Assembly (NCBI GenBank): GCA_028279245.1
Contig: JANQOE010000040.1
Span: 4,121 to 68,120, forward strand
From: Alphaproteobacteria bacterium
GTDB taxonomy: Bacteria > Pseudomonadota > Alphaproteobacteria > UBA6615
Direction: 5' to 3'
Length of the DNA: 64,000 nt
Position numbers and translations under genes: made by a program. Under the pieces are notes generated by a model. It had not been told where the DNA came from, made no database searches, and saw only the letters and a list, made by a program, of their open reading frames with translations. Within the stretch, counting starts at the first letter, position 1. Every line of letters begins with the position of its first letter. Below, in pieces: positions 1-9,272 of this stretch.

Positions 1-176
1 ATCCAAGCGGTAACAAGCACGTAACTACTAAATCCATCAGCGCCAAGCAGCCGCGCCACAATCACCGAAACCGAAAACGACAAGAGCAGGTTTGCGACCG
101 ATATCAAGAACGACCAAGACACCGTCCGGACAAGCCGGCTCTGCAATAGCTGCCAAAAAGTACTCAATAGACGCAA
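1..176 (-). CDS. Polysaccharide biosynthesis flippase (Wzx-like), N-terminal fragment; gene runs off the left edge. Start uncertain (TTG near 174-176 or GTG a few codons downstream)
   Basis: Minus-strand translation of 1-176 is open and hydrophobic (…LISVANLLLSFSVSVIVARLLGADGFSSYVLVTAW…). It matches the conserved N-terminal motif of Wzx/polysaccharide-biosynthesis proteins (…ARLLGpe.FG.Y…). It is not in the ORF track because the gene is truncated by the window. Confidence 0.4.
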   Translation of the reverse strand, partial: MRLLSTFWQLLQSRLVRTVSWSFLISVANLLLSFSVSVIVARLLGADGFSSYVLVTAW

Positions 177-209
177 TCCCTAGAAGCCCGACCCGTTGCC
201 GTCAAATAA

Positions 210-1469
210 CTACCGGTCTCTAGCATTAGTCGATAGAGAAGGTCGCGAATACACTGTCAATAACAGCGCAAACGCAAAACCCGCTGCAACTCTGCCCTGG
301 CCACCAGGAAAAACCGAGAAAAAGATATCCCAGACGTATTGAATCGATAGGAATGTAGTCAAGGCAAGGTATTTGCCGACCCTACGAAAACCAAAGAGCA
401 AGTAGTGTCCTATTACCACCAAAAAGGTAACCCACAGCAATCCACCGGCGACACCCGCCTCTACCCACGAGCCAAACAAAAACGAGTGCGTTGGAATAAG
501 GTCCGAGTTCTCTTTCTGAGGGCTCTCATCTGCTTTAAGAACTAGAAACTGATTTGAGAATCGAACATCGCGCGGCCACGAACCGCGACCCAACAACGGC
601 GACTCAACAATCGCCGGAACGGATACAAGAGATTCGGTCCTTCCCCCTAGCAAGATGCCTTTTCCCAAGGCTAATTGCTGATAGTACTTCGCAGCCGCTT
701 CCTCTCCCAACCGTCCTGTCTCTACTAAGAAACGATATCCATTCAGCCCAACTATGCTTGTAGAGGCTGCGACAGCGATAAGAAGCAACGCTGGAACAGT
801 CGCGAATTTTGCCCGCCCAACAGTGTATTGAACCACTACAATCGCGCCCGCGCAAAGGCAGATTACCGCCTGCGCACGCGCACCCTGGAACAACAAAAAG
901 AATCCAAGAACGATGAAAAACGCGCTGCAAGAATACGACGTACGCGCCACAGGCCAACGAACCGATAGCATCGCTGTTACACCGACTGCCACTGCAAACC
1001 CCAGGCCAAACTTCCAAGGATTCTCGAGCTGGTGAGTACTCGGGAAGAAGGAAATCTTCAGAATTTGACCAGCTGCAATACCGATCCCAAACAGAATAAC
1101 GCGTTCCCGCCTCTCACTAATCAGAAAATACACTGAGGAGAAACTCACTAGAAAGAACGCAATCTTCGCCCAACCTCTAGAGTAATCAGCAAATGCAGTC
1201 TCTCGAACGATATCGGTAACTATCTGCGCCACGAGCCAAAGCAGGACCAACGCACACACAAACCAGAACAGCGGCGCGCGTGGAACAACACGATAATTTA
1301 TCAGCCATACAAGCAAAAGAAGTGCTAGCAGCAATTCCGTAAGGAGAAGCTCTCCGCCAAACCTAAGCGTTATGAAAGATATCGAAGGAACAAACAGACA
1401 CAGAACAGTTATTAGACGGCCAACATCCCTCCCGTCCCCGCGGGACTCACATCGCGACACCCGCCTCAT
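210..1469 (-). CDS. O-antigen ligase/polymerase-like (Wzy/WaaL family) polytopic membrane protein
   Basis: 419 aa with about 10-12 hydrophobic segments and a periplasmic loop, typical of Wzy_C/O-antigen ligase proteins. Lies in a lower-GC glycan cluster next to glycosyltransferases. Confidence 0.5.
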   Translation of the reverse strand: MRRVSRCESRGDGRDVGRLITVLCLFVPSISFITLRFGGELLLTELLLALLLLVWLINYRVVPRAPLFWFVCALVLLWLVAQIVTDIVRETAFADYSRGWAKIAFFLVSFSSVYFLISERRERVILFGIGIAAGQILKISFFPSTHQLENPWKFGLGFAVAVGVTAMLSVRWPVARTSYSCSAFFIVLGFFLLFQGARAQAVICLCAGAIVVVQYTVGRAKFATVPALLLIAVAASTSIVGLNGYRFLVETGRLGEEAAAKYYQQLALGKGILLGGRTESLVSVPAIVESPLLGRGSWPRDVRFSNQFLVLKADESPQKENSDLIPTHSFLFGSWVEAGVAGGLLWVTFLVVIGHYLLFGFRRVGKYLALTTFLSIQYVWDIFFSVFPGGQGRVAAGFAFALLLTVYSRPSLSTNARDR

Positions 1470-2260
1470 GCCGCTCTAAGCCGTTGCCCCAACTCTGGAG
1501 ATGAAGATAACCAGAATTGACGATCATACTTCGACCAAGCATGACAGCCAAACGGCAGGCGACGCCCGTTGAGTTCGTAACAACGCGCCGGCGCTGTTTC
1601 AAACGCGAAATCAAGGGCTACCCTCGCCGGCGCCACCACAAATGTCGGATCGAAGTACGCGGCATGATAGGACCACCAGTGGTCCTCATTCGCATCGAAC
1701 CGATCCGGATGGATCGTCGTCGGCCGCGCCGCTCGTTTCATCGTTACCTTGAGTGGATCCCGAAACAGAGACGTCCTCAGTTTCGGCACTCGACCACTGG
1801 CGCGTGCAGCAGCAAGCGCGGTCAAGGACGACTGAACATTACGAAGGGAAAACCCACCGTTCCCGCAACGGGCCTCACGCAAATTGGTGTCTGGGTTTAT
1901 CCAAGGAGCTCCTACAAAGTCATAGCCCTTTTTGCACCAGAATAAGAGGCGGTCGGACAGCACTAGACAATCTGTTTGGTATATCAATATATGGGTGTAG
2001 TCTTGGAACCGTTCGTAGAACTCACGCCTAAGCATGAGTTTGTTCATCGCACGTGAACTAGAGAAGAATTCCCGCGGAAGATAGTGGACCCGAAAACCGT
2101 CGAGAGGTCTTGTTCCGTCAGGTAAGACGAGGAACCGGTCAAACTTCCCTAGGTGCCTCTCAAGAAGAGCAATCGAGCACGCGCCATCGCTGTCCAACGC
2201 GGTAGTATGCGTGGGAACGACAACCGCTGCCCTGACGTCGACCCCTACCTTTTGGTTCAT
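1466..2260 (-). CDS. DUF5672-like protein (glycosyltransferase-associated, unknown function)
   Basis: 264 aa. Has the GNGGFSLRN motif recalled for the DUF5672 family, which is commonly encoded in polysaccharide loci. Its stop/start overlaps the upstream gene by 4 bp (1466-1469), suggesting translational coupling. Confidence 0.45.
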   Translation of the reverse strand: MNQKVGVDVRAAVVVPTHTTALDSDGACSIALLERHLGKFDRFLVLPDGTRPLDGFRVHYLPREFFSSSRAMNKLMLRREFYERFQDYTHILIYQTDCLVLSDRLLFWCKKGYDFVGAPWINPDTNLREARCGNGGFSLRNVQSSLTALAAARASGRVPKLRTSLFRDPLKVTMKRAARPTTIHPDRFDANEDHWWSYHAAYFDPTFVVAPARVALDFAFETAPARCYELNGRRLPFGCHAWSKYDRQFWLSSSPELGQRLRAA

Positions 2261-2411
2261 GACGTGTCTTCATACCTGATTAGCCACCATCGTAACCCAC
2301 CGCGAAACTCGTCGTTGTGTCTTCGCCGAGTCACCAATCCGTCTGTGACTTTACGGAGTCGCAAATAATACGGGCCTGTCACCTTCATGCCCCACCACGC
2401 ATAATTGCACC

Positions 2412-3227
2412 ATGAAGGTATCGATCGTAACACTCTCCTACAATCAAGCATCCTTCTTGCGGAGAGCTATGTGCTCCGTCCTCGGACAACAGCATGGCGA
2501 GATCGAGTACATTGTCGTCGACCCTGGATCGACGGACGGAAGTCGGGAGATCCTAAAGGAACACGATGGGGTAGTCTCGAAGCTGATTCTTGAGCGTGAC
2601 GAAGGGCCTGCCGATGGCCTCAACACGGGCCTACGTGAGGCAACCGGTGAAATCTTCGGATACTTAAATGCCGACGACGCATACTTGCCTGACGCAATTG
2701 CCCGTGCAGTCACGGCCTTTCGGAACACAGCGGCGGACGTCGTCTATGGAAACGGCTTTGTCGTTGACGAACATGGACGAGTTCAACGCCGGTTCCTATC
2801 GGCGCCCTTCGACTTGGATCATCACATCTGCGGAACAGCGCCAATCATGCAACAATCTACCTTCTTCCGACGTTCTGCACTATTGGAAGTAGGCGGGTTC
2901 AACACGACAAACTCAACATGCTGGGACTCAGAGATTCTTGTAGACTTGGCTTTGGCCAAGAAGGCCTTCGCACGACGAAGGCAATATTGGTCATTATTCA
3001 CAATCCATCCGAACTCGATCTCTGGAAGCGGCCGCCTTAACACGCTTTACGCAACTGATCGTGCCCGGATTTACAAGAAAGCGACGATGCGAGATCCAGT
3101 CCGGAACACCCAAGCGCGCACCATTCTCCATCGAGCGTCCAAGCATCTTCGCGACCCATACAGCGCGGCACTTCGTATTGCTGATGTCTTTCACTACCGA
3201 CCAACCACGGTGGCACCGTGCGCCTAG
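2412..3227 (+). CDS. Family 2 glycosyltransferase (GT-A fold)
   Basis: N-terminus VSIVTLSYNQASFLRRAMCSVLGQ…IVVDPGSTDGS…YLNADD is the classic GT2 signature including the DxD-type NADD motif. Confidence 0.8.
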   Translation: MKVSIVTLSYNQASFLRRAMCSVLGQQHGEIEYIVVDPGSTDGSREILKEHDGVVSKLILERDEGPADGLNTGLREATGEIFGYLNADDAYLPDAIARAVTAFRNTAADVVYGNGFVVDEHGRVQRRFLSAPFDLDHHICGTAPIMQQSTFFRRSALLEVGGFNTTNSTCWDSEILVDLALAKKAFARRRQYWSLFTIHPNSISGSGRLNTLYATDRARIYKKATMRDPVRNTQARTILHRASKHLRDPYSAALRIADVFHYRPTTVAPCA

Positions 3228-4312
3228 CACTTCTATGGTCACAATTCTCCGGCTACATGAATGCCTCATGCGCCGAATGGGCCAGCATTCCGGGAACGAA
3301 ACTTTTTGTGGCGCATCGAGAAGCAGACAACGCGGTTCCGTTTGATCCAGCATTGTTTAGCTGGATCGACTATCAACTACCATATTCTGATAAGCCAAAC
3401 TATCATCAGCTATGCGCATCTCTAGATCAATTCCAACCCGACGTGTTGCTTGTCTCCTCCTGGCACATCAAAGAGTACCGCCGGATCTTGCGGCGCTTTC
3501 GACAGCGCGCTCTACGAGTGTTGTGTATGGATAACCAATGGCACGGTACCTCCAAGCAATGGCTTGGTGTGGCCTCGGCGCCCGTGTACGTCCAAAGGCT
3601 CTACGATGCGGCTTACGTACCAGGTGATAGGCAAGCTGACTTCGCAAGTAGACTATCTTTCAAGGACACGGCTATCTGGCGCGGATTGCTAACCTGCAAC
3701 CATTCGGATTTTGCAGCCGTTTATCATTCCCGGGAAGGAATCCAGAAGCTGCCACGAGCATTTGTCTTTGTCGGCCGGTTTGCCGGGGAGAAGGGCATAG
3801 AGACACTCTTGTCAGGCTATTCGCTTTACCGAGAGAGTACAGACGCACCATGGCCGCTGTTTCTTGCAGGTAGTGGCCCTCTGGACCACGAAGTACGTCA
3901 AACCAAAGGCTGCACTGTTCTTGGTTTCAAGCAACCACAGGACCTCCCCGAAGTTCTGGGAGCGGCAAGCTGTCTTGTACTTCCTAGCCGAAAGGAGCCT
4001 TGGGCCGTCGCGATACATGAGGCAGTGACGGCCGGGTTGGGTGTAATATGCTCAAGCCGATGCGGAGCCGGAGATCACCTTGTCGAGCATGGCACCAACG
4101 GATTCATCATCGATCCTGAAAACCCAAACGCGCTGGCCCACGCCATGGCAGAGTTCTCGGCCCTCAACGAAGACGACTTAAGGACGATTTCCCGGCACAG
4201 TTTCGCGATGTCCCAACAATTCACGCCTCATCGCTGGGCAAAAACGATCTACGAGAACACGGTCGGGTGGAAAGATAGTAGCCGAATCAGCAACGGATTC
4301 AGCCTCAGATAA
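3218..4312 (+). CDS. Family 4 (GT-B) glycosyltransferase
   Basis: C-terminal half FVFVGRFAGEKGIETLL…LPSRKEPWAVAIHEAVTAGLGVICSSRCGAGDHLVEHGTNGFII matches the Glycos_transf_1 EX7E-region pattern. The 10-bp overlap with the GT2 gene means the start could instead be at an internal Met (e.g. MNASC at 3260). Confidence 0.75.
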   Translation: MRLALLWSQFSGYMNASCAEWASIPGTKLFVAHREADNAVPFDPALFSWIDYQLPYSDKPNYHQLCASLDQFQPDVLLVSSWHIKEYRRILRRFRQRALRVLCMDNQWHGTSKQWLGVASAPVYVQRLYDAAYVPGDRQADFASRLSFKDTAIWRGLLTCNHSDFAAVYHSREGIQKLPRAFVFVGRFAGEKGIETLLSGYSLYRESTDAPWPLFLAGSGPLDHEVRQTKGCTVLGFKQPQDLPEVLGAASCLVLPSRKEPWAVAIHEAVTAGLGVICSSRCGAGDHLVEHGTNGFIIDPENPNALAHAMAEFSALNEDDLRTISRHSFAMSQQFTPHRWAKTIYENTVGWKDSSRISNGFSLR

Positions 4313-4364
4313 GACTAGGTCGCAATCTCTCGCTTACATCCACCTCGATCTTCAGGAGCGCTAG

Positions 4365-5186
4365 ATGCTTGTCCTTTGTAGCGGGATGGCAAGGTCCGGA
4401 TCCACACTCCAGTACAATCTAGCGCGATCCTATCTCGAACAAACGGTTGGCGTTGACGAGCACGGTTTTTTTACTCGTGAAGACATCGAGGGGATGTTCT
4501 CAGAACTAAAGACCTGGGCCAGCAGGTCGGATTGGCACATCTTAAAGTGCCACGACCTACCTTCCATCGAACATTGGGATCGTCTTCAAATGCCCGTCTT
4601 CATCCTTTATGTCCACCGCGATTTGAGAGATGTCGGGCCGTCTTTGCAGAGAGTATTTGGCGGAACTGATGAAGAAGTTCTTCACCTTATTGAAGGCGCG
4701 ATTGAGTTCCATGAGCGGGTAACGAACTTGAGCATGACTAAAGTGCAACGATATGATGACCTTTGCATCAACCCGACCCGTTGCCTAAGAGACATATGCC
4801 AGTTCTTGCGGATACCAATTGATCATCAAGTTATATACCGTGTCGCGAAAATGCACTCGCCAGATCGAATGAGACAGATAAGCTCAAAAGTCAGCAAGAC
4901 GAAACTATACGTCGTGAAGCGACTAGCTTGGAAACTAAAAAACCAGCTGGGTATCGGTAGTCTTCTGCGGCGTTACCTTCCAGCATCTTACGTACGAAAC
5001 ATTCGACGGCTCATAGAGGTCCACGATCCGGAGACAATGCTGCACCCAGATCACATCAGATCTGACGTGCCTACCATCACTCAGCAACACAGTCGCCTAT
5101 GTCGGCAAATAGACATACACTTCGCAAGATGGCTAACAGCGAACGGGTATGGAACTCTGATTCGGGCTAGCGCCGACCGAAGCTAG
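4365..5186 (+). CDS. Sulfotransferase-family protein (Stf0-like, P-loop/PAPS-binding type)
   Basis: N-terminal LVLCSGMARSGSTLQYNL resembles the 5'-phosphosulfate-binding loop of Stf0/carbohydrate sulfotransferases. AGGAG lies 7 nt upstream of the ATG. Embedded in a glycan cluster. Confidence 0.55.
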   Translation: MLVLCSGMARSGSTLQYNLARSYLEQTVGVDEHGFFTREDIEGMFSELKTWASRSDWHILKCHDLPSIEHWDRLQMPVFILYVHRDLRDVGPSLQRVFGGTDEEVLHLIEGAIEFHERVTNLSMTKVQRYDDLCINPTRCLRDICQFLRIPIDHQVIYRVAKMHSPDRMRQISSKVSKTKLYVVKRLAWKLKNQLGIGSLLRRYLPASYVRNIRRLIEVHDPETMLHPDHIRSDVPTITQQHSRLCRQIDIHFARWLTANGYGTLIRASADRS

Positions 5187-5944
5187 ATCTTCTCCGCAAC
5201 CGCTATCATCGACTTAGCCATCACTCTAACGCGCCCAACATACAGGACCCGCCTAACACTAAATCCGGCCTCCCCCAGGAGGCGAGTTAGCGTACTCCTC
5301 GACCAGAATTTGATATGCCCGTGAAGCGACAGCGGATGGACGTGTTGGTCAAACCGCCCAGCTGCCGCAATAGCCAAATTCTTTAGATACCCATGATAGG
5401 GCGTCGAAACGATCACCCGTCCACCCTTCTCCGAAAGACCGTACAACGTCGAAGCAAAGCTTTGAGGGTCGTAAAGATGCTCAACAACTTCCAAGCTGAC
5501 GACCACAGGAAATTGCCCATACTGGCGCCCCAATTCGTCGTAACATGAGCCGTTCGCCAGGCGAAGATGAGGGTATGCCCGATTTGCTTCCCGGATACCG
5601 GACACCGAGGGGTCGACACCCGTTACTGTATGGCCCTTTAGGCTAAGGGCATTGGCGATAGCACCATTTCCGCAACCAAGATCGAATATGCGCGTTGGTC
5701 TCTCTATCAATTTGAAAAGCGCCGGCAGGAGATATTGGTGGCTACGCGCGGGTTGAGCATTCTCGTGAACGAATGTGGAATCGTCTGCAACAACACTTGC
5801 CAGTGCCATGAGCGCGCCCCTGCTGTGGTCGAGTAACTTGACTACACAGAGGTTGTGCAGCGTCATGTCAAACCAGAGTCGACCCACCCCCCCACCCTCC
5901 GCCCCAACCCACCCCGCTGCTAACTTCTGCGCCACACCAATCAC
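5183..5944 (-). CDS. Class I SAM-dependent methyltransferase
   Basis: Motif [15 protein letters not shown] followed by an acidic motif II and [10 protein letters not shown] (motif III). The real start may be the internal Met (MTLHNL…, about 5866), which would leave a divergent promoter gap to gmd. Overlaps the sulfotransferase stop by 4 bp on the opposite strand. Confidence 0.75.
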   Translation of the reverse strand: MIGVAQKLAAGWVGAEGGGVGRLWFDMTLHNLCVVKLLDHSRGALMALASVVADDSTFVHENAQPARSHQYLLPALFKLIERPTRIFDLGCGNGAIANALSLKGHTVTGVDPSVSGIREANRAYPHLRLANGSCYDELGRQYGQFPVVVSLEVVEHLYDPQSFASTLYGLSEKGGRVIVSTPYHGYLKNLAIAAAGRFDQHVHPLSLHGHIKFWSRSTLTRLLGEAGFSVRRVLYVGRVRVMAKSMIAVAEKI

Positions 5945-5956
5945 AGCGGGGACAAC

Positions 5957-7030
5957 ATGGGCACGCAGCAGGTCGCGTTAATCTCCGGCATCACCGGGCA
6001 GGACGGGTCGTATCTGGCGCGGCTCTTGCTCGACAAAGGCTACCAGGTGCACGGCATCAAACGCCGCTCCTCCTCGTTCAACACCGGCCGCGTCGACGAC
6101 CTGTATCTCGACCCCCACGCCGGCAACGCCCGCTTCCACCTGCACTATGGCGACATGACCGACGCCACCAACCTCATCCGCCTGGTGCAGGAGGTGCAGC
6201 CGACGGAGATCTACAACCTCGCCGCCCAAAGCCACGTTCAGGTCAGCTTCGAAACAGCCGAATACACCGCCAACGCCGACGGCCTCGGCACCCTGCGCCT
6301 GCTCGAGGCCCTGCGCATCCTCAAGCTGGAAGACAAGACCCGCTTCTATCAGGCCTCCACATCTGAGCTATTCGGCGATTCCCCCCCGCCGCAGAGCGAG
6401 GCCACGCCCTTCCGCCCGCGCAGCCCCTACGCCGCGGCCAAGCTCTACGCCTATTGGATCACCACCAACTACCGCCAGGCCTATGGGATGCACGCCTCCA
6501 ACGGCATCCTGTTCAACCACGAAAGCCCGATGCGCGGCGAAACCTTCGTTACGCGGAAGATTACCCGTGCCGTCGCCGCTATCGAGGCCGGCCTCCAGGA
6601 CAAGCTCTACCTCGGCAACCTCGATGCAAAGCGCGACTGGGGCCACGCCCGTGACTACGTCGAAGGCATGTGGCGCATCCTCCAACAGGACACGCCGGAG
6701 GATTATGTACTCGCCACCGGCCGCGCCTATACTGTGCGGGCATTTGTCGAGCGCGCCTTCGGGCAGGTTGGCATCGACATCGGCTGGGAAGGGAAAGCCA
6801 TGCACGAAAAGGGCATCGACACCCGCACCGACCAGATCCTGGTTGAGGTCGACCCGCGCTACTTCCGCCCGACCGAGGTCGACTACCTGCTCGGCGACCC
6901 AAGCAAGGCTGAGAGCCAGCTCGGTTGGCGCCACGAATCGACCCTGGATGACATGGTGGCGGAGATGGTGGCCTACGACCGCATGCAACTCGTGCCCCAG
7001 CCCAACGCCACCCTGGCCCAGCGCATCTGA
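5957..7030 (+). CDS. gmd: GDP-mannose 4,6-dehydratase
   Basis: [37 protein letters not shown]…, with near-identity to the canonical Gmd N-terminus and SDR catalytic region ([10 protein letters not shown]). Length 357 aa. Confidence 0.93.
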   Translation: MGTQQVALISGITGQDGSYLARLLLDKGYQVHGIKRRSSSFNTGRVDDLYLDPHAGNARFHLHYGDMTDATNLIRLVQEVQPTEIYNLAAQSHVQVSFETAEYTANADGLGTLRLLEALRILKLEDKTRFYQASTSELFGDSPPPQSEATPFRPRSPYAAAKLYAYWITTNYRQAYGMHASNGILFNHESPMRGETFVTRKITRAVAAIEAGLQDKLYLGNLDAKRDWGHARDYVEGMWRILQQDTPEDYVLATGRAYTVRAFVERAFGQVGIDIGWEGKAMHEKGIDTRTDQILVEVDPRYFRPTEVDYLLGDPSKAESQLGWRHESTLDDMVAEMVAYDRMQLVPQPNATLAQRI

Positions 7031-7033
7031 GCG

Positions 7034-8005
7034 GTGACGAGCCCCGACACCTTCTGGCAGGGCCGGCGTGTCTGGGTCGCCGGCCACCGGGGCATGGTCG
7101 GCAGCGCCCTCGTCCGCCGGCTCAAGCGCGAGGACGCCGAAATCCTCACCCTCCCCCGCAACCAGGCGGACCTTCGCCGGCAACAGGAAACCGAGGACTG
7201 GATTGCCGAAACCCGCCCCGACACGGTGTTCCTGGCGGCCGCCAAGGTCGGCGGCATCCACGCCAACAACACCTACCCGGCCGACTTCCTCTACGACAAT
7301 CTGCAAATCGAAACGAACATCATCGAGGCCGCCCGCCGCACCGGCGTGCGCAAGCTCGTCTTCCTCGGCTCGTCCTGCATCTACCCGAAACACGCCGACC
7401 AGCCGATCCGCGAGGACGCCCTGCTCACCGGTCCCCTCGAACCGACGAACCAATGGTACGCCATCGCTAAGATAGCCGGCCTCATGCTGTGCCAAGCCTA
7501 CCGCCGTCAGCACGGGTGCGACTTCATCGCCGCCATGCCAACCAACCTCTACGGACCGGGCGACAATTTCGATCTGCAGAACAGCCACGTCATGGCCGCC
7601 CTAATCCGCAAGGTCTATGAAGCCAAGGAAGCCGACCGCAACACTGTCGAAGTCTGGGGCACCGGCAATGTCCGCCGTGAGTTCCTACACGTCGATGACT
7701 GCGCCGACGCCCTCGTCTTCCTCGCCCAACACTACGCCGATGAGCCGCCGGTGAATGTCGGCACCGGCCAGGACATCACCATCAGAGAGCTCGCCGAACT
7801 CATCGCCGATGTCGTCGGCTACACCGGCCACCCAACCTTTGACACGTCGAAACCCGACGGCACGCCGCGCAAACAGCTCGACGTCAGTCGCCTCACAACC
7901 TTAGGCTGGCAGGCAAAGACCACTATCCGCGACGGCATCGCCCAAACGGTCAAATGGTATCAGCAAAATCGCGAAGCCGTGACAGTGGGTCGGGTCGTCG
8001 CGTAA
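7034..8005 (+). CDS. fcl: GDP-L-fucose synthase (GDP-4-keto-6-deoxymannose 3,5-epimerase/4-reductase)
   Basis: RVWVAGHRGMVGSALVRRL…LAAAKVGGIHANNTYPADF…SSCIYPK… is the diagnostic Fcl/WcaG signature. Follows gmd immediately with a 3-bp gap. Confidence 0.9.
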   Translation: MTSPDTFWQGRRVWVAGHRGMVGSALVRRLKREDAEILTLPRNQADLRRQQETEDWIAETRPDTVFLAAAKVGGIHANNTYPADFLYDNLQIETNIIEAARRTGVRKLVFLGSSCIYPKHADQPIREDALLTGPLEPTNQWYAIAKIAGLMLCQAYRRQHGCDFIAAMPTNLYGPGDNFDLQNSHVMAALIRKVYEAKEADRNTVEVWGTGNVRREFLHVDDCADALVFLAQHYADEPPVNVGTGQDITIRELAELIADVVGYTGHPTFDTSKPDGTPRKQLDVSRLTTLGWQAKTTIRDGIAQTVKWYQQNREAVTVGRVVA

Positions 8006-9109
8006 CTAAGCCGCACGCGTCGCGGCAGCCCTGCCCGTGCCGTATTTCTCGTAGTAGTACTGGATCGTTTCCCGCAGGACGTCCTCCAACGGCATCCGCG
8101 GCTCCCAGTCAAGCAGTCGCCGCGCCTTTGCGAGGTTCGGCATTCGCCGATCGCAATCCTCATATCCGGCGCCATAGAACTCCGCACTCGAAACGTCTTC
8201 GATCGGATGTGAGAGATACGAAACGTCCCCGGACACGTCGGCATAAATCCGTCGCATCATTTCTGCCAACCCGCGCATCGTGACTTCGTTGGCTCGGTTG
8301 CCCACGTTGAACACCTGGTTCGCGGCGGCATCGGGACGCTCTAGCATCCGCACGACCGCATCAACCGCATCGCCGATCCCCACAATGGTTCGCCGCGCCA
8401 TACCGCCGTCCACCAACAGCATCGGCTTTCGGTCCAGCAACGCTCCAAGGAAGCAAGCCAGCACCCGCGGCACCCCCTCCCCTTCGCGCCCTGGAATAAA
8501 ATCCATGCGCGGCCCAAAGAAATTAAGAGGCCTGACTATCGTAAAGCGCAGCCCGAATTCGGTATGACAGCCGTAGATGAAACGCTCCATCAACTGCTTG
8601 GCGCAAGCATAACTCCAACGTTGGTTCGCCACCGGCCCCATGACCAGCGGCGTTGAGTCTTCCTCAAGTTCATAAAGCGCCGGGTCCGCATAGCTGTCGT
8701 CGACATAGCTCGACAGCGTCCGTCCGTAGACCTCGCTCGTCGAAAAATGCAGCAGCCAAGTTCCCGCCTCAGCGCACATCTGCACCGTATCGAACGTATC
8801 GACGAAGTTCGCTCGGATCACCTGGTACGGCTGCGTGTTGTATTGAGCGGGATTGCAGATAGCCGCTAGGTTGAGCACCACGTCTGCATCCCGCAGGTCG
8901 ACCAACAACTGGCCCCGAGCGTCCGGGTCGGCGCAGTTCCCTTGGCGAAAGATGAAGTTTGGGTGGTGAACAAGGTGACGGATCTTCCGGTCGTCCAGAT
9001 CCCACCCGACGACTTCGGGCACGGCGCCACCAAGCCCGTGCGACAAACAACGATCCAGCAGGTGGCTCCCGACGAAACCACCGCAACCCAGCATGACAAT
9101 TCGCCTCAT
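8006..9109 (-). CDS. NAD-dependent epimerase/dehydratase, ArnA C-terminal-domain-like (UDP-glucuronate decarboxylase-like)
   Basis: MRRIVMLGCGGFVGSHL Rossmann start, FSTSEVYG and FTIVRPLNFFGPRMD motifs parallel the ArnA decarboxylase domain. I chose the internal ATG at 9109 (GGAG RBS-like 8 nt upstream); the ORF extends to 9205 without a Rossmann-compatible N-terminus. Confidence 0.7.
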   Translation of the reverse strand: MRRIVMLGCGGFVGSHLLDRCLSHGLGGAVPEVVGWDLDDRKIRHLVHHPNFIFRQGNCADPDARGQLLVDLRDADVVLNLAAICNPAQYNTQPYQVIRANFVDTFDTVQMCAEAGTWLLHFSTSEVYGRTLSSYVDDSYADPALYELEEDSTPLVMGPVANQRWSYACAKQLMERFIYGCHTEFGLRFTIVRPLNFFGPRMDFIPGREGEGVPRVLACFLGALLDRKPMLLVDGGMARRTIVGIGDAVDAVVRMLERPDAAANQVFNVGNRANEVTMRGLAEMMRRIYADVSGDVSYLSHPIEDVSSAEFYGAGYEDCDRRMPNLAKARRLLDWEPRMPLEDVLRETIQYYYEKYGTGRAAATRAA

Positions 9110-9272
9110 ACGCGAAACTCCAACATCATCAACACGGAGGTAAGCATGCTGACTCTGCGCGGCCCCGTGACTTTTGTGAGTCGGTTCGGTCCACGGATAA
9201 GGCAATGAAGCGGCACGACGACACGGTCACACCGGGAAACCCGTGCGGGTAAGTCATGATTCCACGGCTTGG

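Noticed and set aside
4365-5186. Interpreting the P-loop of the sulfotransferase-like ORF as the missing APS-kinase-like (Cj1415-type) kinase of a phosphoramidate pathway
   Set aside because: The loop and flanking sequence fit Stf0-type sulfotransferases better than adenylylsulfate kinases, and the gene sits in the separate low-GC O-antigen-like cluster 20 kb away.
6368-7588. 406-aa minus-strand ORF (and many other long antisense ORFs, e.g. 6483-7037, 45543-46199, 46524-47243, 48235-49110, 49951-51306, 58062-58937, 58448-59131, 58971-60107)
   Set aside because: These lie entirely antisense to, or in alternate frames of, well-supported genes (gmd/fcl, GH2, ABC permeases, SBP, TRAP permease). 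Their translations are Arg/Pro/Gly/Ala-rich low-complexity sequence, the typical open-frame artefact of ~65% GC DNA.
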